NCBI GenBank assembly: GCA_964016885.1
Contig: OZ024741.1
Coordinates: 292,268,001-292,332,000 of the forward strand
Origin: Eledone cirrhosa
Lineage: Eukaryota
Length of the DNA stretch: 64,000 nt
Reading direction: 5' to 3'
Below, piece by piece: positions 1-14,009 of the stretch. Position numbers and translations under genes: made by a program. The notes below the pieces were generated by a model. The model had not been told where the DNA came from and ran no database searches. It saw only the letters and a program-made list of their open reading frames with translations. Within the stretch, counting starts at the first letter, position 1, and the number at the start of each line of letters is the position of its first letter.

Positions 1-250
1 GAGGTGGTATGGACATGCGCATGGAGGATGACCGATGGGTGAAGAAGTGCCAGGAAATGCCCGTTGAAGGAAGACGTGGTAGAGGTAGACCACGAAAAAC
101 AGGGGCAGAGGTGGTGAGAACAGACCTCAGATCGCTGAAGTTCACGGGGAGATGACGAAGGACCGTGACAAGTGGAGAGGTCATGTGCTGAATAAGCCGC
201 GTCCCACCCTTGCGAGCAGGGAAAAGTGGACGTAAAATGATGATGATGAT
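1..250 (+). mobile_element. 3' end of RTE-clade LINE (runs in from left edge)
   Basis: Encodes RWYGH...KKC..MPVEGRRGRGRPRKT-type RTE C-terminus and ends in cccacccttgcgagcagggaaaagtggacgtaaaa(tga)n, the same end as the copy at 33520-34730. Confidence 0.85.
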
Positions 251-556
251 ATATACATTTATTTATATAACTGCACACACTTATTATACTAGTATATTGA
301 CAGTGTTTATTACCAAGAGTAAAAAGGTTGTAACTAAATCAGTGTAGCTCAATAGCTGGTATTATTCTTTGTGTAATTTCATTAACCATGATAGAGGTGA
401 AATTATAAATCTATTAAAACTAGCAGGTGCTTTCATGAAATTCTTGTTGAACAGATAATTGTGTGAAAAATCTCTGTTCCATTCATTGTTTCTCAATACA
501 ACAATTTCAAAGTTAAACATGTGTTAGTTTTCCTTTAATTATTCAGAATGTATGTA

Positions 557-710
557 GGTGACAACGAATTAGCAGAGCCTTGAAGGGCGTAGGATAGAAT
601 GATTTGCAGTATTCATTCTGGATCTCTGAGATCAAACCACACTAAGGTCAAATTTTCCTTTCATTCTTTCGGGGCTTGATAAATGAAGTATCAGTCAAGA
701 ACTGGTTAAT

Positions 711-712
<2 letters not shown>
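557..712 (+). mobile_element. Degenerate tRNA-derived SINE (family A)
   Basis: Diverged match to the 39132-39322 copy (ttcctttcattctttcggggcttgataaatgaagtatcag). Confidence 0.6.
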
Positions 713-742
<30 letters not shown>

Positions 743-929
743 AGAAGCAGCTAAGTGAAGAAAAGAGCATTCACATTGAAACCCCTCGATCATTCCACCA
801 CCACGAATTGTGGAGACACAAAAAGAAAAACTGTGCATATTATGTGGTGCTTGTCATTTTAATTTCCTTATGAAGATTCTTAATTTCTCTTTTATGGTTG
901 AAATGATTTCTCCATCATTAATCACAGCA

Positions 930-1062
930 GCTTTCTCATGTACACATTACTTGTTCTGTTCAACCTTCTCATGTACATATTCTCTGCTCTGATCAGCTTT
1001 CTTGTGAATATATTCTTGGCTGTGCTTGGGATTCTCATGTGTATATTCTCTTCTGTTATTGT
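930..1062. repeat. Degenerate 33-bp tandem repeat, 4 units
   Basis: ttctcatg/ttcttgtg recurs at 933, 966, 999 and 1032. Confidence 0.7.
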
Positions 1063-1168
1063 TTAACAGGCATTGAGAGAAATGGGTTTTAAGGAAGTAG
1101 AGGTACAAACAGGGGTCCATAAGGCTGAGATATGAAATGTGGAATAGGACTAGATGCTATATATATAA

Positions 1169-1710
1169 GGCCACTTTACCTGTCAGGTATGGCAGCCTGC
1201 CCTCAATGAAGTCATAAATCATGGTTGGACGCTGCAGGCTTCCCTTCCCAGCTCAAGCCGGTGGGGCTTGACCGAGGGGATGGCAAAAGGCCAGATGGCA
1301 TGACCATCTTCCCGTTCCATGGTGGCAAACACTTCGTCTGGGATGCCACTTGCACCGACACTTTCTGCAGCCACAACCTGGTGCAGTCTGTGACTAACCC
1401 AGGTCCTGCTGCACGTCGAGCTGAGGAGACCAAACTCTTCAAATACCGGTTGCTCTCCAACAGGTTTACGGTTGTACCCTTTGCAGTGGAAACTTCTAGT
1501 GTCCTCAGCCCTAGGGCTACCTCCCTACCCACCACCATAGGCGCTGAGCTAGCCAGCTGCAGGTGTGGGCCCTGCAAGTTGGAGTGGCTTTTCCAGCACG
1601 TTTCCCTTGCTGTCCTCCAGGGAAACGCCTTCTCTATTCTGTCTGCCGGGGCTGTGGGGAAGCCACCAATATGATTGACTGACTTGTCATTTTATCAGTC
1701 AGCCATCCAC
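1169..1710 (+). mobile_element. Internally deleted CRE-like non-LTR retrotransposon fragment (restriction-like endonuclease domain)
   Basis: ORF 1225-1674 has RPDG..WDATCTDT..AARRAEETK..KY..VPFAVET..VSLAVLQGNA, the PD-(D/E)xK RLE signature of CRE-clade elements. Upstream ATLPVRYG resembles the CRE thumb motif. Confidence 0.75.
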
Positions 1711-1994
1711 TATATATATATATATATATTAGATACATGGTTCACTAGCTCTCTCTATATATATCTGATAATAGATACGTCTCCTAGTCTGACATGACTT
1801 ACTAGTTCTAGCCACTCCTTCATTTCCTAGAAACTGGAATTTACGAAAAAGCTGTCTCCTAGCATACACTTCCACCATTTCCGTCACTGTAAATGGGTAC
1901 AAATTATGTGAATTCATCTTCTGATTAGTATGTCGAACTTACATTGTGAAATTTCCCATTCAGGTTGTTTAGAGCTGTTTTTTACTGTATAATC

Positions 1995-2105
1995 AGGCCT
2001 AGTAGTTAAGGTGTTGAGCTTGTGATCTTAATGACATGGGTTTGCTTCATGGACCAGCTAGCATATACTGTGCTCTTGAGCCAAACACTTTATTTCACTT
2101 AGCTG
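1995..2105 (+). mobile_element. 5' fragment of tRNA-derived SINE (family B)
   Basis: ggcctagtagttaag A-box-like head and cttgagccaaacactttatttcac core, shared with 61941-62387. Confidence 0.55.
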
Positions 2106-2129
2106 AATTACCAACACCTTCAATACCAA

Positions 2130-2440
<311 letters not shown>

Positions 2441-3579
2441 AACCTTAGCACATGGATTACAACGCTCACCACACTATGAGCTACCTGAACAACACACACA
2501 TACACACCAGTCCATGGCATACCACATCCTGTGTTGGAGACAGTATAAGAGTGAGAAAATAAAATAACGATAATGCCAAAATTGAAAGTGGTGTCTGTTT
2601 GTCGGGTAAATTGCAGTAAAGCAATTATATCGAGTCTTGAGAAAAATAGTTGAAATATAATTAAAATATGAAAACATTAGAGATAATTTAATTTCAGTCT
2701 GTCACTGTTAGGTGTTTGTGTATAAAAATGTCAAATTGTCAAACATTTACATATTTAGTATTAACTGTGTGCCTGTCTCACGGCTGTACATGTATGTGTA
2801 AAACCATATATATTCACAAACATTAGTATGCACATATATATATATATATACATGATTATCAGCATCATCATTTTGATACATATTTTACACAAGGATGATG
2901 ATGATGATAATGATGATAATGATGATGATGATGATGATGATATATATAAATATATTTACATACATATGTATATATATATCCTGATCTGTTGAACCCCATT
3001 TCCACCATCACCACTCCATCTTCATAAAGAACATATATATAAGAAGAAATTTTCACAGAAAATTCATATATGTTCTAACTGCCCATAGAATATAAGTAAA
3101 ATTTTCTTTTTAATATTCGATAATATTGACATACCAATCGAAACCAGTAATATTTGAAAAAATTCAAATCCATTTAATATAACAAAAAAATATTCATTCT
3201 GTTGGAATAAAGAAAAAAAAAATTAAATATACCCTGTGCATTTTCACTCTTACTTTTTCTATAATCTTTAATTTATATGGAACTTTGCCCCCTTTTATAA
3301 CTATATATATATAGTATAAATTATTGTGTTAGAAAAAACAGGCATGCCAGGAGGTTTTTCCTAATACAATATTGTATACTAAATTACTCAATGAATTCTT
3401 GAAACCGTGTACCATACTCGAAAATTTAACATCTGGAAAATTATATTGCATAAGTCCATCAACCACATCGAGAAACAATATCTGGAAGCTGTTCTTTCAT
3501 TAGTATTTACATAATATTTCCATGCACATAAGATTTTACCACCATAAAGTAAAAACTCCCTTATCTTCTCATATATATA

Positions 3580-3876
3580 TCATCATCATCATCATGTTTA
3601 CGTCTGCTTTCCCTGCTTGCAAGGGTGGGACCGGAACTGATTCTGGGTTGATTTCTACAGCTGGATGCCCTTCCTAACACAAACCTCATTTACAGTGAGT
3701 GGTGAGTGCTTTTTTGCCGTGGCACATCTACAACCATTTTGCAGTGGAATGATATGGACCCAAGTCTCTATCATCTCATTTCTACAGCTGAGTAAACTAG
3801 AGCAATGTGAAATAAAGTGTCTTGCTCAAGGAAACAACACATCACCCGGTCTGAGAATTGAACTCACAACCTTTCG

Positions 3877-3880
<4 letters not shown>
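3580..3880 (-). mobile_element. SINE family B with RTE-derived 3' tail
   Basis: Minus strand: B-box-like gagttcaattctc, cttgagcaagacactttatttcac core, RTE-type 3' end and (GAT)n tail. Confidence 0.8.
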
Positions 3881-3914
<34 letters not shown>

Positions 3915-3917
<3 letters not shown>

Positions 3918-4089
3918 GTAGAACACTGGAAGGCAATATCCATAGTGGTAGCGCACTCAGTCCATGGGACGAGTTAAGTAGAAGTGGTTACATTAGTTCA
4001 CCATACCGAGAACAATTGTTTCACCTTAGCAGATCCTCTAAGGTGAAACAATTGTTCTCGGTATGGTGAACTAACTGTTGTGTAACCAC

Positions 4090-4094
<5 letters not shown>
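3915..4094. mobile_element. Fold-back Penelope pseudo-LTR-like fragment with hammerhead remnant, inside (TA)n
   Basis: Inverted arms 3993-4029/4038-4074 contain GAAAC-AATT-GTT. Related sequence at 11415-11580 (-) and 44990-45100 (+, retains CTGATGA). Confidence 0.6.
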
Positions 4095-4148
<54 letters not shown>

Positions 4149-4759
4149 AACATATGCATACATTTCTCTTTTTCTTTCTGTGTGTGACTATCTGTCTGTG
4201 TGTGTGTGTTGCTGTATGAGAATGTGTAATGAGTGTAAAGTTGTGAATGTAAATTGTAGTGATATTGTGCATATAATGGAATATGGCAGTGTTATGCATG
4301 TATTTTTGCTGAATTTTTAAAAAAACATTTTGATATTTTAAAGAATATATTGAGGAAAGTTCTTCAATTTTTTAGGAAAAGTTTTTTTCAATTTTGAAGA
4401 AAATGTTTAGGGGAAAACTTTGATGAATTTTTTGTAAAATATTTAGCAATAATTCAATAATATAAACACTCATTATAATTGGAACAATAGCATGTACATT
4501 TGCTAAGATGTTTTAAAACTGAATTGTTGCCCACATTGGAACCATTATACTTTATACTGGAGAACTGTAGTGTAGGTCAATACTAGTGTCAGAGTGAGCT
4601 GCAATATATGGATCAATTGTTGAGTCCATTTCGGCTGAGGCTGCCGGATGATGATGATGATGATGATGATATGGTTAACAGAGAAAAAATGGTGGATGAT
4701 TTGTGCTTGTCTGATCTATAACCACTATTAGCTATATTTATTTGATCATATAGTTGGCT

Positions 4760-5390
4760 GTTGATGCAATAGACAAGGTTCCTAGCACTGCAAGTGAACC
4801 AATCTTTGATCCGAAAAGAAGAGATATTAAGTCTTGTAAGGGAGGTGGTTTTTAGGATGAATAAACATGTAGAAACAGGGATGGAATAGGTAAAGGATTC
4901 CAGGTTAGGTGTGTAAAAGAAGAAAAATTATTGACCAGTACATCACACAGATTGGGGAAAAAGGGAAGAATTGATTGAAGAAACATTTGGAAGTGGCTAC
5001 ATCAGATTGGAGTTAAAAGAGAAGTAGGATGGTGTACTGGATTTGTGATGAGGTAGGATGGTAAGTGGGGTGAATAGGAAGTCATTTGGTGGTGGGGCAT
5101 GCAGGCTGAGATGGTGGTAGTGCATTAGGCATTGAGGGTGTAGATGTGGATGATTTCCGCTAGAATTTGGGGCTTAATCACGTTGGTGAAGGAACAAGTC
5201 ATACATTGAGTGACCATATTGTAGTGACCACAATGGAGGTGAGAGTATTGGAAACTAGTTTTGTATTTATGATGTGGTATGAGGTGATAACAATTGACAA
5301 CTATAAAGTAGCATACACACATACATTGTCGTATGGTCTCTCACCGACACACATACACACACAATCAATAACTGCAGCATTACAGACACA
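4760..5390 (-). mobile_element. Highly decayed 3' fragment of a CR1/L2/Jockey-group LINE
   Basis: Minus strand tcttttacacacctaacctggaatcctttacc resembles the F..RT..WN.LP C-terminal motif. Many stops. Confidence 0.35.
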
Positions 5391-5667
5391 CAAACAATGC
5401 TGAAGTAGGAAATATTGAGTACACTCAACAAAACACCACCATAATATCATTTTGAAATATAATCTTTCAGATATTTATTGAGAAAACACATTGGGTGAAA
5501 TGGTCTGTTAATTCTTGAGGTAGGTGTAAGATCGACGTATTGACTTTCAGCGTTTCTAGAGCATTTTAGACCATTCCCTTTCCACGTCTAAATACAGCAG
5601 ATCTCTTCCGGAGAAGGATAGAAAGTGAGAGAGAAGAAGTGAGAAAGAAATACAGAGTAAGAATTGA

Positions 5668-5830
5668 CACTAGTAGTTCAATGGTGTGCTTTATCGACGT
5701 AGAATGGATGAAAGGCAAAGTTGACCTTGGCAGAATTTGAACTCAGAAAGCAGAGAACCAAAGCGAATACTGCAAAAAAAAAAAAACATTCTATCCGACG
5801 TTCTAACGACTCTGATAATTTACTGCCAAA
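5668..5830 (-). mobile_element. SINE family A
   Basis: ggatgaaaggcaaagttgaccttggcagaatttgaactcaga core. Confidence 0.75.
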
Positions 5831-6255
5831 TACACATTAGTTTAGTTATTAAGTGCATGTACCCATGAGTGTACTCTTTATATGATCTCATGTGCACATA
5901 TGTGTGTGCTCTTTCTATGATCTCAGACTGCAGAGAACTAGAACAAATTCTAAATTTTGTCCTGTACTTTAACAACTCTGCCAATTCACCACTGAACTTG
6001 AACGTATATCATTTGTTCTTTCTAATTTAGCTAAAACAGATTCCCTATTTCCCCTAATCATGACAAGTCTTCACTGTTTCAGTTAATCTGTTTATATCTA
6101 TAATATATAGAGAAACTCTCTATAAATTATCTTCAGTTTCAGTTAATGTTTCTCTATATATTTATCCATGACAATATCCAGCTGTTTTGTTTCCTGGTTC
6201 TCTTCTCACTGTTTACATATTACATTAACTGTTAAATAGTGCACACACACACATT

Positions 6256-6319
<64 letters not shown>

Positions 6320-6839
6320 TATAGGTACATATATATATACACATTTGTATATATAAACATATTAACACACACACTATATACATAGCATATATATACATAT
6401 GCATACATGTGTGTGTGTGTGATAAATGTACAATGTATTTATTTCATCATTTAAAGAACGATTTCTTTTAGTTTTTTCTTTGTAGTTTCAATTCTCTACC
6501 TCCCCCTCTCTCTTTCACCCCCCCCCCCCATTGTCAACTGTTCTCGTGCAGGTACTCTAGCCCCAGGGCACCACAGATAGAACAGACTTATGATCAATGG
6601 TTTAGCAGCACAATAAACATCACCACCACTATCACTCTCATCTTCACATTTGAAATAGGTTGTTGTTTTGGGAAGAAGAATTGATTTTAAATGTGTTCTT
6701 GGAGATAACATTGGGTTTGCTAAGTATTCGTTTTTGTTTGATAGATGTGATCCTCCCTGCATTATTGATGGCTTTAAATTCTCTCTTCTAACTTCCTTGC
6801 ATTAGTTTTGCTTGTCTATGGAGTAAGTGTCCAGGAGGT

Positions 6840-7480
6840 CTTCTTTTTCTTCTTCTTCTTCAACAACTTATTCCCGAGAGGGTCATGGGGGCAGAGTCCT
6901 CAAACACTCCTTTCAGTGGGTCCTGACAGAAGCAAACTTTTCCTACTGATCTGGCGGGATCCCCAAGCAAGACCAGCCAAGCACATGGATGTTATCCAAC
7001 CATCTTGCTTGGGGTCTTACGATGGATCTCCTACATGTTGGTTTTGTGCGTAAAATTTGTCCAGTGATTCTTTCTTGTGATATTCTAATCACAGGCCCAT
7101 ATTATCAGAGCTGTGATCTCTCAATTCGGAGAAGTAGTGACTCTACATGGAACAACTCTCTAATCTCCGAGCTACATACTCTATTCAGTAGCATTTCTCC
7201 AAAGACCCTTCAAAAGAACCTCATTGCACTAGCTTGTATTCATAATCATATTCTTTTGGCCATTACCCAAAATTCAAGGCCATAGGTATGGGTTTGCATG
7301 AATACCGAATTGAAGATAGCGAGTTTAGCTTTTACACCTACCTCCCTTCTTCTGATTACTGAATGTTGAAGCTGGCACATTACTGCACCAGCTCCTGTAA
7401 TTCTTGCAATTAATTCAGCCTCCTACCTTCCACCACTTTTGAAAATGGTCTTCAGATACTGGAACTTCACCTGCTTCAGT
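6840..7480 (-). mobile_element. 3' fragment of a second RTE-group LINE family with (GAA)n tail
   Basis: Minus strand resembles LRIERSQL..YGHV.R...ER..GQIL...GRP..RW. Related copies at 12260-12525 and 50900-51415. Confidence 0.7.
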
Positions 7481-9687
7481 GGAACTCAGGGATGTTGTTT
7501 ATGGAAATTTTAAAAACATTGAACAAGATGTCTTGTGGTGTTTGTTCTGGCTCTTTATATCTTAAAACCAAATTCTACTGAAGCTTACTAGGCTGGCAGA
7601 CTTAACCCTTTTGTTACACATACATGCATACAGATATACATACATAAACACCAATATATTCTCCCAAATCCTATCCAAAATTCTATATTAAGATAATGAT
7701 GTTTAGTTTCATTGTTGTGTATTTATTGTTGAGGTATATTCTAGACAACCACACAATTTACTCAAAAATGAACCAAGAAAAAACTTTAACAAGAAAGAGG
7801 GTAGTAGGGATCCTAAAGCAGCTGGTTTTAAACTGACAAATATTGATCCACCTAAATATTAGTGGGATATTTGTCCCTTCCCTTTATTAATGATTTTTTC
7901 TTTGCTTTTTTTTATTATTTCTTTATATATATATTCATATTTTCCACTTTATCAATGAGAAGATGAAATAGAGTTATAGTCCTTTACACATGCATGGATG
8001 CAAATATTTGGTCACATCTTCAGTGTTGTATCCTGGATTCACTAGGTGTTTCAGCTCTTACAGCATGCACCCTCATCCAGGTGACCTAATTGAGGTTGAT
8101 CATGCCTCAGTGTATGCCCCCCCCCCCCCGCCCCCTGCAAACAGATAGTGAAATTTTTTTGTCCTTCCTCTTTATCTCTTTATTAATGAAAAGACAAAAT
8201 AGAGTTATATATTATGTTGTAATAGAATGATGGCTGTAAATTTTATTACATATAGCAATCCCCCCCCCCCCCACGCATGAGAAAAATTGCTCTAAATTAT
8301 GAATAATCAGATTTTGACAGCTGGAATAATAGATTAGAGAACTATTGCAGCTTTCCATTGGAAGTTGTCAATGCCAAAAGAGATAAGTTAGAGTGTAAAA
8401 AAGATTGGCCATTACGAGTGGTAATAAGAAATAAGCTAGATTGCTGACAGAGGTAGCCATTAACAATGATTAACTCTTAACATCCTGTAATGATTTAGCA
8501 GAAAATATCTAAAAATAAATTTGGTAATTCAAATGTGTATATTATCTTTACTATTGGACAGATCGTTGTGAGAATTTATAATATAAGAATAAAGACTTCA
8601 ATTTTTAATGTGAGGTAGTCATAAAGCTCTTTTCAGAAACGTCTTGCTAATGTAGTTATATATGGTGTACTAAACTTCTCAAGCTTGGTCCAAGTTCAAT
8701 AACATCCTGATTTAAAATATCTTTATTTAAATTGAACCCTTCTATCATGTAAGATCGTTTTGATAGAATTTGTTTCTGAAACCAACTTAATAATGAAAAA
8801 TGCTATTTATTTTACTAAATCCCAACAAATTCTTGATTGTCTCTAGTCATAAACAATCTCTTGTAGTGTTAATACTCTCTTAAGAAGAGTCATTGTTAAG
8901 TGTTACCAGCATGTTCTTGTGAGGTTATTTTAATTTGAACAATATTATTGTTAATTTGAAAACTATGTGGTTAATGAGGGAAAGGAAATGTGTTTCTTTA
9001 TGGTTTACATGTTATTATCATTGTTTCATAGTTCCGGCAGACAGAATGGTGAATGCATTACACGGAAAGTAATTGAAATGCATTGCATAGAAAGGGTGTT
9101 TCATTAGAAATATAGTCATGAAAGGGTTAAATAATAAAGCTAATTAAGAGAAATTAAAGGATGTTAAATAAATAAATAAAGAAAGAAATAGAAAGAAAGA
9201 ATCAAAAGAAGGGTTAATTATATGAAAAATGTACTAAGTTAATGGACACTATTATAGTGTAATTGGAATGAAAAAAAGTGTTCTATTATTAAAAGCAATT
9301 CCGTAGGGAAATAAGTTTGAATAAAATAAAATAAAATAAAATAAAATGCAAAGGACTAGTATAGACACTCTAGGTAAATATATGGGTAAATAGTAATACA
9401 GAAATTTACATAAATAAACAAATAAATATATATATAGGCATATAAAATGACATAAATAAATGTGGTGGTAACAAAAAGAAAATGAAACCTATATTTGATA
9501 GAATGAACAAGTAAATAGGATTCTAGTAGCCTAAGGACCATAATTACAGCCTGATAAAGAACAGTAAGTGTTATCAGAACTGAGAGACAAAGTAGTAGTA
9601 ATAATAATAATGCTGGCAATGGTGATGATAAAATAATGATGATAATGATGATGATATTATAACGATGATGATGGTAGAGCAACAACA

Positions 9688-9932
9688 AAAGGGCCATAAC
9701 TCTATGCTGCAAAGCATGGTGTCTGACTCTCTACCAATACTGTCAATCCACCATATAATAATTGTTTCTACTTTTCACACAAGGCTAGCAATTACACCAA
9801 TACTGGTGCTTTATTTTATCGACCCCCAAAAGGATGAAAGTCAAAGTTAACCTCAGCGTGATTTGAACTCAGACCGTAAAGGGCCGTAACTCTATACTGT
9901 AAAGCATCCGACCCTCTACTGATACTCCCAAT
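9688..9932 (-). mobile_element. SINE family A (head fragment plus near-complete copy)
   Basis: ttttatcgacccccaaaaggatgaaagtcaaagttaacctcagcgtgatttgaactcag. Confidence 0.8.
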
Positions 9933-11115
9933 TAACTAATGATAATAAATTAGTAATAACATTACTAAAAATAAAATTGTCAACAAGAAAAGTTTCCCAA
10001 TCAGAGAGGATATCTATCTAGAGCAGTACCTGGGAACTTCCTCTGCTTCCAGTCAAAAACCATTGTTGCATCTAATACATTAAATCTGCCTTCTTTTCGT
10101 TACTTTCTTCCTGCTTAAAAAAGCATAGTCAGAATAGGCCTATTCGATCTCGTCAATCCATCGGTTCTCATCCATTCTTTATCAAAATTACTTGAAAAAC
10201 CATAGTCAGTGTATTTTATTAGAAATATGGAAGCAAAGGGATTAAATATACTAGTGAAAGCCAAGTCACAAGATATTATTATGATTTGGTGAAATGTCAT
10301 AAATATTTGTATTGACTGCATCCAGTAGTCATAAACCTACATAAGTACATCTTCAAACACAGCAAAAGCAATATTTAGAAGTTGTAATATACAGTTATTG
10401 GTCAAAATATATTATGATAAAGAATCCCGAAGCTCTTTCAGATGTTGTTTACTTCAAGATTATTCATTGTAATGTATTTTGAGGTGTGTGTATATATATA
10501 TTATATGTATATCTATATATACATGTGTGTGTGTGTGTATATAAATACATCTGCAAGTTGCTATTTTTCATTACCCATTTCGCTGGTCATTATATACACA
10601 TACATATATGCATAGACACTCACACACATATAGATTAATCATATGTATGAGGGGAAATTTCCATAACAGATTATCTACATTACAGACGGACATAAAACTT
10701 TTGCTTCATTCACACAGCACGACTCTTCTGTTGATTTTTCTCATATTCTTCGTTTCTTCATTTAAACCAGGCCATGCCAGGCCAAACACAAAGCCACAGA
10801 AAGCCGAGGGCTTACACAAACCTATTGAACTAAGAAAGGCGTAGGCTTTGGAGGTTTTGTTGACTATATCTTTTTAAAATGTTTTCTTGTTTACTGTCCT
10901 TTGGGTCTTTCATTTAATTTGCTGAGCAGTAGCTGTCTCCAACTCTGTGTACAAACAATTGTGTTAAATACGGGAAGCAATTAATTAAGCTAGAATAAGA
11001 TTTAACCGTGTTATGGCTGATTGGTCTTGGCTAATGCAAATAAGCAAATAATGTGAATATGTGTACATGACTTTAGTAGTCCTAGCGGTAGTTTTGTTAC
11101 ATATATATGTATGCA

Positions 11116-11189
<74 letters not shown>

Positions 11190-11342
11190 TACATATATAC
11201 ATATATATATATCTATATATATATATATATATATATACATATATACATATATATCTATATATCTATATATATATATATATACATATATACATATATACAT
11301 ATATATATCTATATATATATATATACATATATACATATATAT

Positions 11343-11373
<31 letters not shown>

Positions 11374-11380
11374 CATATAT

Positions 11381-11414
<34 letters not shown>

Positions 11415-11593
11415 TGAATTTGATACTACAACGAAGACATAACAGAGAGAAATGTAAGAACATGTGTTTCTCTGTGTTATGTCTGAGTTGTAGTATCGAA
11501 TTTAATAATATATAAAAAATCTGTCCCATGGACTGAGTGCTCTACAGATTGGATATCTTTATGAAACTATTACTACACTATATATATATTTAC

Positions 11594-11631
<38 letters not shown>

Positions 11632-12259
11632 GGGGTGAGAGAGATATAAGTCCATATATATATGTATGTGTATGTGAACACATATGTTTCAATGGTTTAC
11701 CTGTGGTTTAACGATGGATGTGTGTGTATGTGTGTACTGCTATTCTCCTATTTTACGTAGGTTTTTATAAAACTTCTGAGATTTTCATTTCAAGACAAAA
11801 TTTGTTGGCAAACATATAATGTGATGTGCAATATATAAATGGGTTTAACATATCTGAGAAACTAGCATACCTATACCAAATTGATAGGTTTTTATGTAAT
11901 AAAGTCAACTGCTATGGTATAATATTGCTACTAATTATTTCATGCATTTATGCCTTTGTAGTATAAAGCATCATCCACTCCTTCTGCTTCACATAGATTA
12001 GAAGAAATTAGTTGAAGATGCCATAGAAGAACAACAAGCATTTTAAATAGGTCTGTTTTGAAGTAATATTTCAGTGATTCTGTTGCCAAACATGGTAGCT
12101 GATAATTAAGACACACAAAGATACACTTTAACTAAAGTTAATATAAGACATGCATAATATGCTACAGTTTTTGTTGAACCCCAGTCTAGTCAGGATCAAT
12201 CAGACCCTTGTAAGAGGCATTTCATCTGAAAAATATAGCACCAATATTTTCCTAATATT

Positions 12260-12525
12260 TCTTCTTCTTCTTCTTCTTCTTCTTCTTCTTCTTCTTCTTC
12301 TTCTTCTTCTTCTTCTTCTTCTTCTTCTTCTTCTTCTTCTTCTTCTTCTTCTTCTTCTTCCAAACTCATGGATATTACCCAACAATCTTGTTCAGAGTCT
12401 ACCATTGGCTCTCCTGCCGGTAAGTTTTGCCTATAAAATCTGTCCAGCAATTCTTCCATGAGACATTCTAATCATATGCCCTTAATATCAGAGCTATGAT
12501 TTCTCAATTCAAAGAAATAGTGAAA
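12260..12525 (-). mobile_element. RTE-group LINE 3' fragment with expanded (CTT)n tail
   Basis: Homologous to 6960-7140; long (CTT)n at 12260-12360. Confidence 0.65.
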
Positions 12526-12816
12526 AACAACAGCAAAAAACAATGAATTAGAGAAATAGCTTATATACAAAATTCTAGTATAGAGCATAGATAATTCAAT
12601 ATTAAACAGAGAAAATTTGGGATGATTCTAAAGTTATTTTAACAACCCAAATGTATATATATATATAAAAAAACAACGATCATTAAATCATTTAATGTTC
12701 CAATAAATACGTATATGTTCGGAAATGAATAGAAAGAATTCAAAATTTATTATTATACTCTTGAGTGCCTAAACCTTAATAAGTCTGTATAGATTTCATG
12801 AAATACACACACATAT

Positions 12817-12891
<75 letters not shown>

Positions 12892-13132
12892 AGCGTGGAG
12901 AAATGGATGTTAAACGGAAATGATGATGATACATACACACATGCAGAAGTAAAATTCATACAAATATATACACAAATATATAACAAGCACACACATATAT
13001 ACGTATGCATAAATGTATACATACTCATACATATTTTTACACACAAGCATACAAATGAAGACATAGGTGTATACATATATATGAATATATACTTATGTAC
13101 ACACAAACAAAAGCATATATATACATACATAA

Positions 13133-13223
<91 letters not shown>

Positions 13224-13465
13224 TACATACATATATATATATATATAAACACATACATATGTATACATATATATGGACACATCTCTCTGATACTGATTTA
13301 GCTATTTATTTCATTTCAAAATTTATTTTATATTTTGGTATATTTTGATTGATTTATATCTCATGTATTATTCTTTATTATATAGATAGATTTAACTGTG
13401 TGTGAATATAAAAAATATATATGCATGTATTTATATGCCCATAAACATCTACATACATATATATA

Positions 13466-13535
<70 letters not shown>

Positions 13536-13686
13536 TATGTGTGTGTGTATATATATATATATATGTATATAGATATATAGATATATATATGTATATATGT
13601 AGATATAGATATATATATATATACATATATATATATGTATATGTATATGTACATACATATAAATACATATGTGTATATATATATGT

Positions 13687-13725
<39 letters not shown>

Positions 13726-14009
13726 ATCAATGTTAAATGATGATGATGATGATGGTGATGATGATGCAGTGCCCATATTTACTTAAGTATTCCTCTTTCC
13801 TCTTGTAAATTTCCTTTCACCTTTTCCCACAACACCTCACACCTCCTACAGTCATTATTACTATAATGACACTCCAACAATAAAACACATTAATATCTAA
13901 TTAAATTTATCAATAAAATACAGAGAAAAAAACACATCTCAAGTTAATGGAAGGAAAATAAAAAAACAAACAAATCACATTTTAAATTGTAAGCCTTTCA
14001 GTCATAGAC

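Noticed and set aside
3330-3500. Short open minus-strand frame (ILFLDVVDGLMQYNFPDV…); similar short frames at 3230-3300, 8310-8450 and 10030-10110
   Set aside because: Weak or ambiguous splice signals and no recognisable homology
6496-6762. 88-aa minus-strand ORF with protein-like composition
   Set aside because: No recognisable motif or convincing splice sites; length within chance expectation
8611-8619. tgaggtagt, the let-7 5' end
   Set aside because: Match stops after 9 nt and there is no precursor hairpin
12150-12461. Poly-Leu/Glu/Arg ORFs
   Set aside because: (CTT)n tail of a LINE fragment
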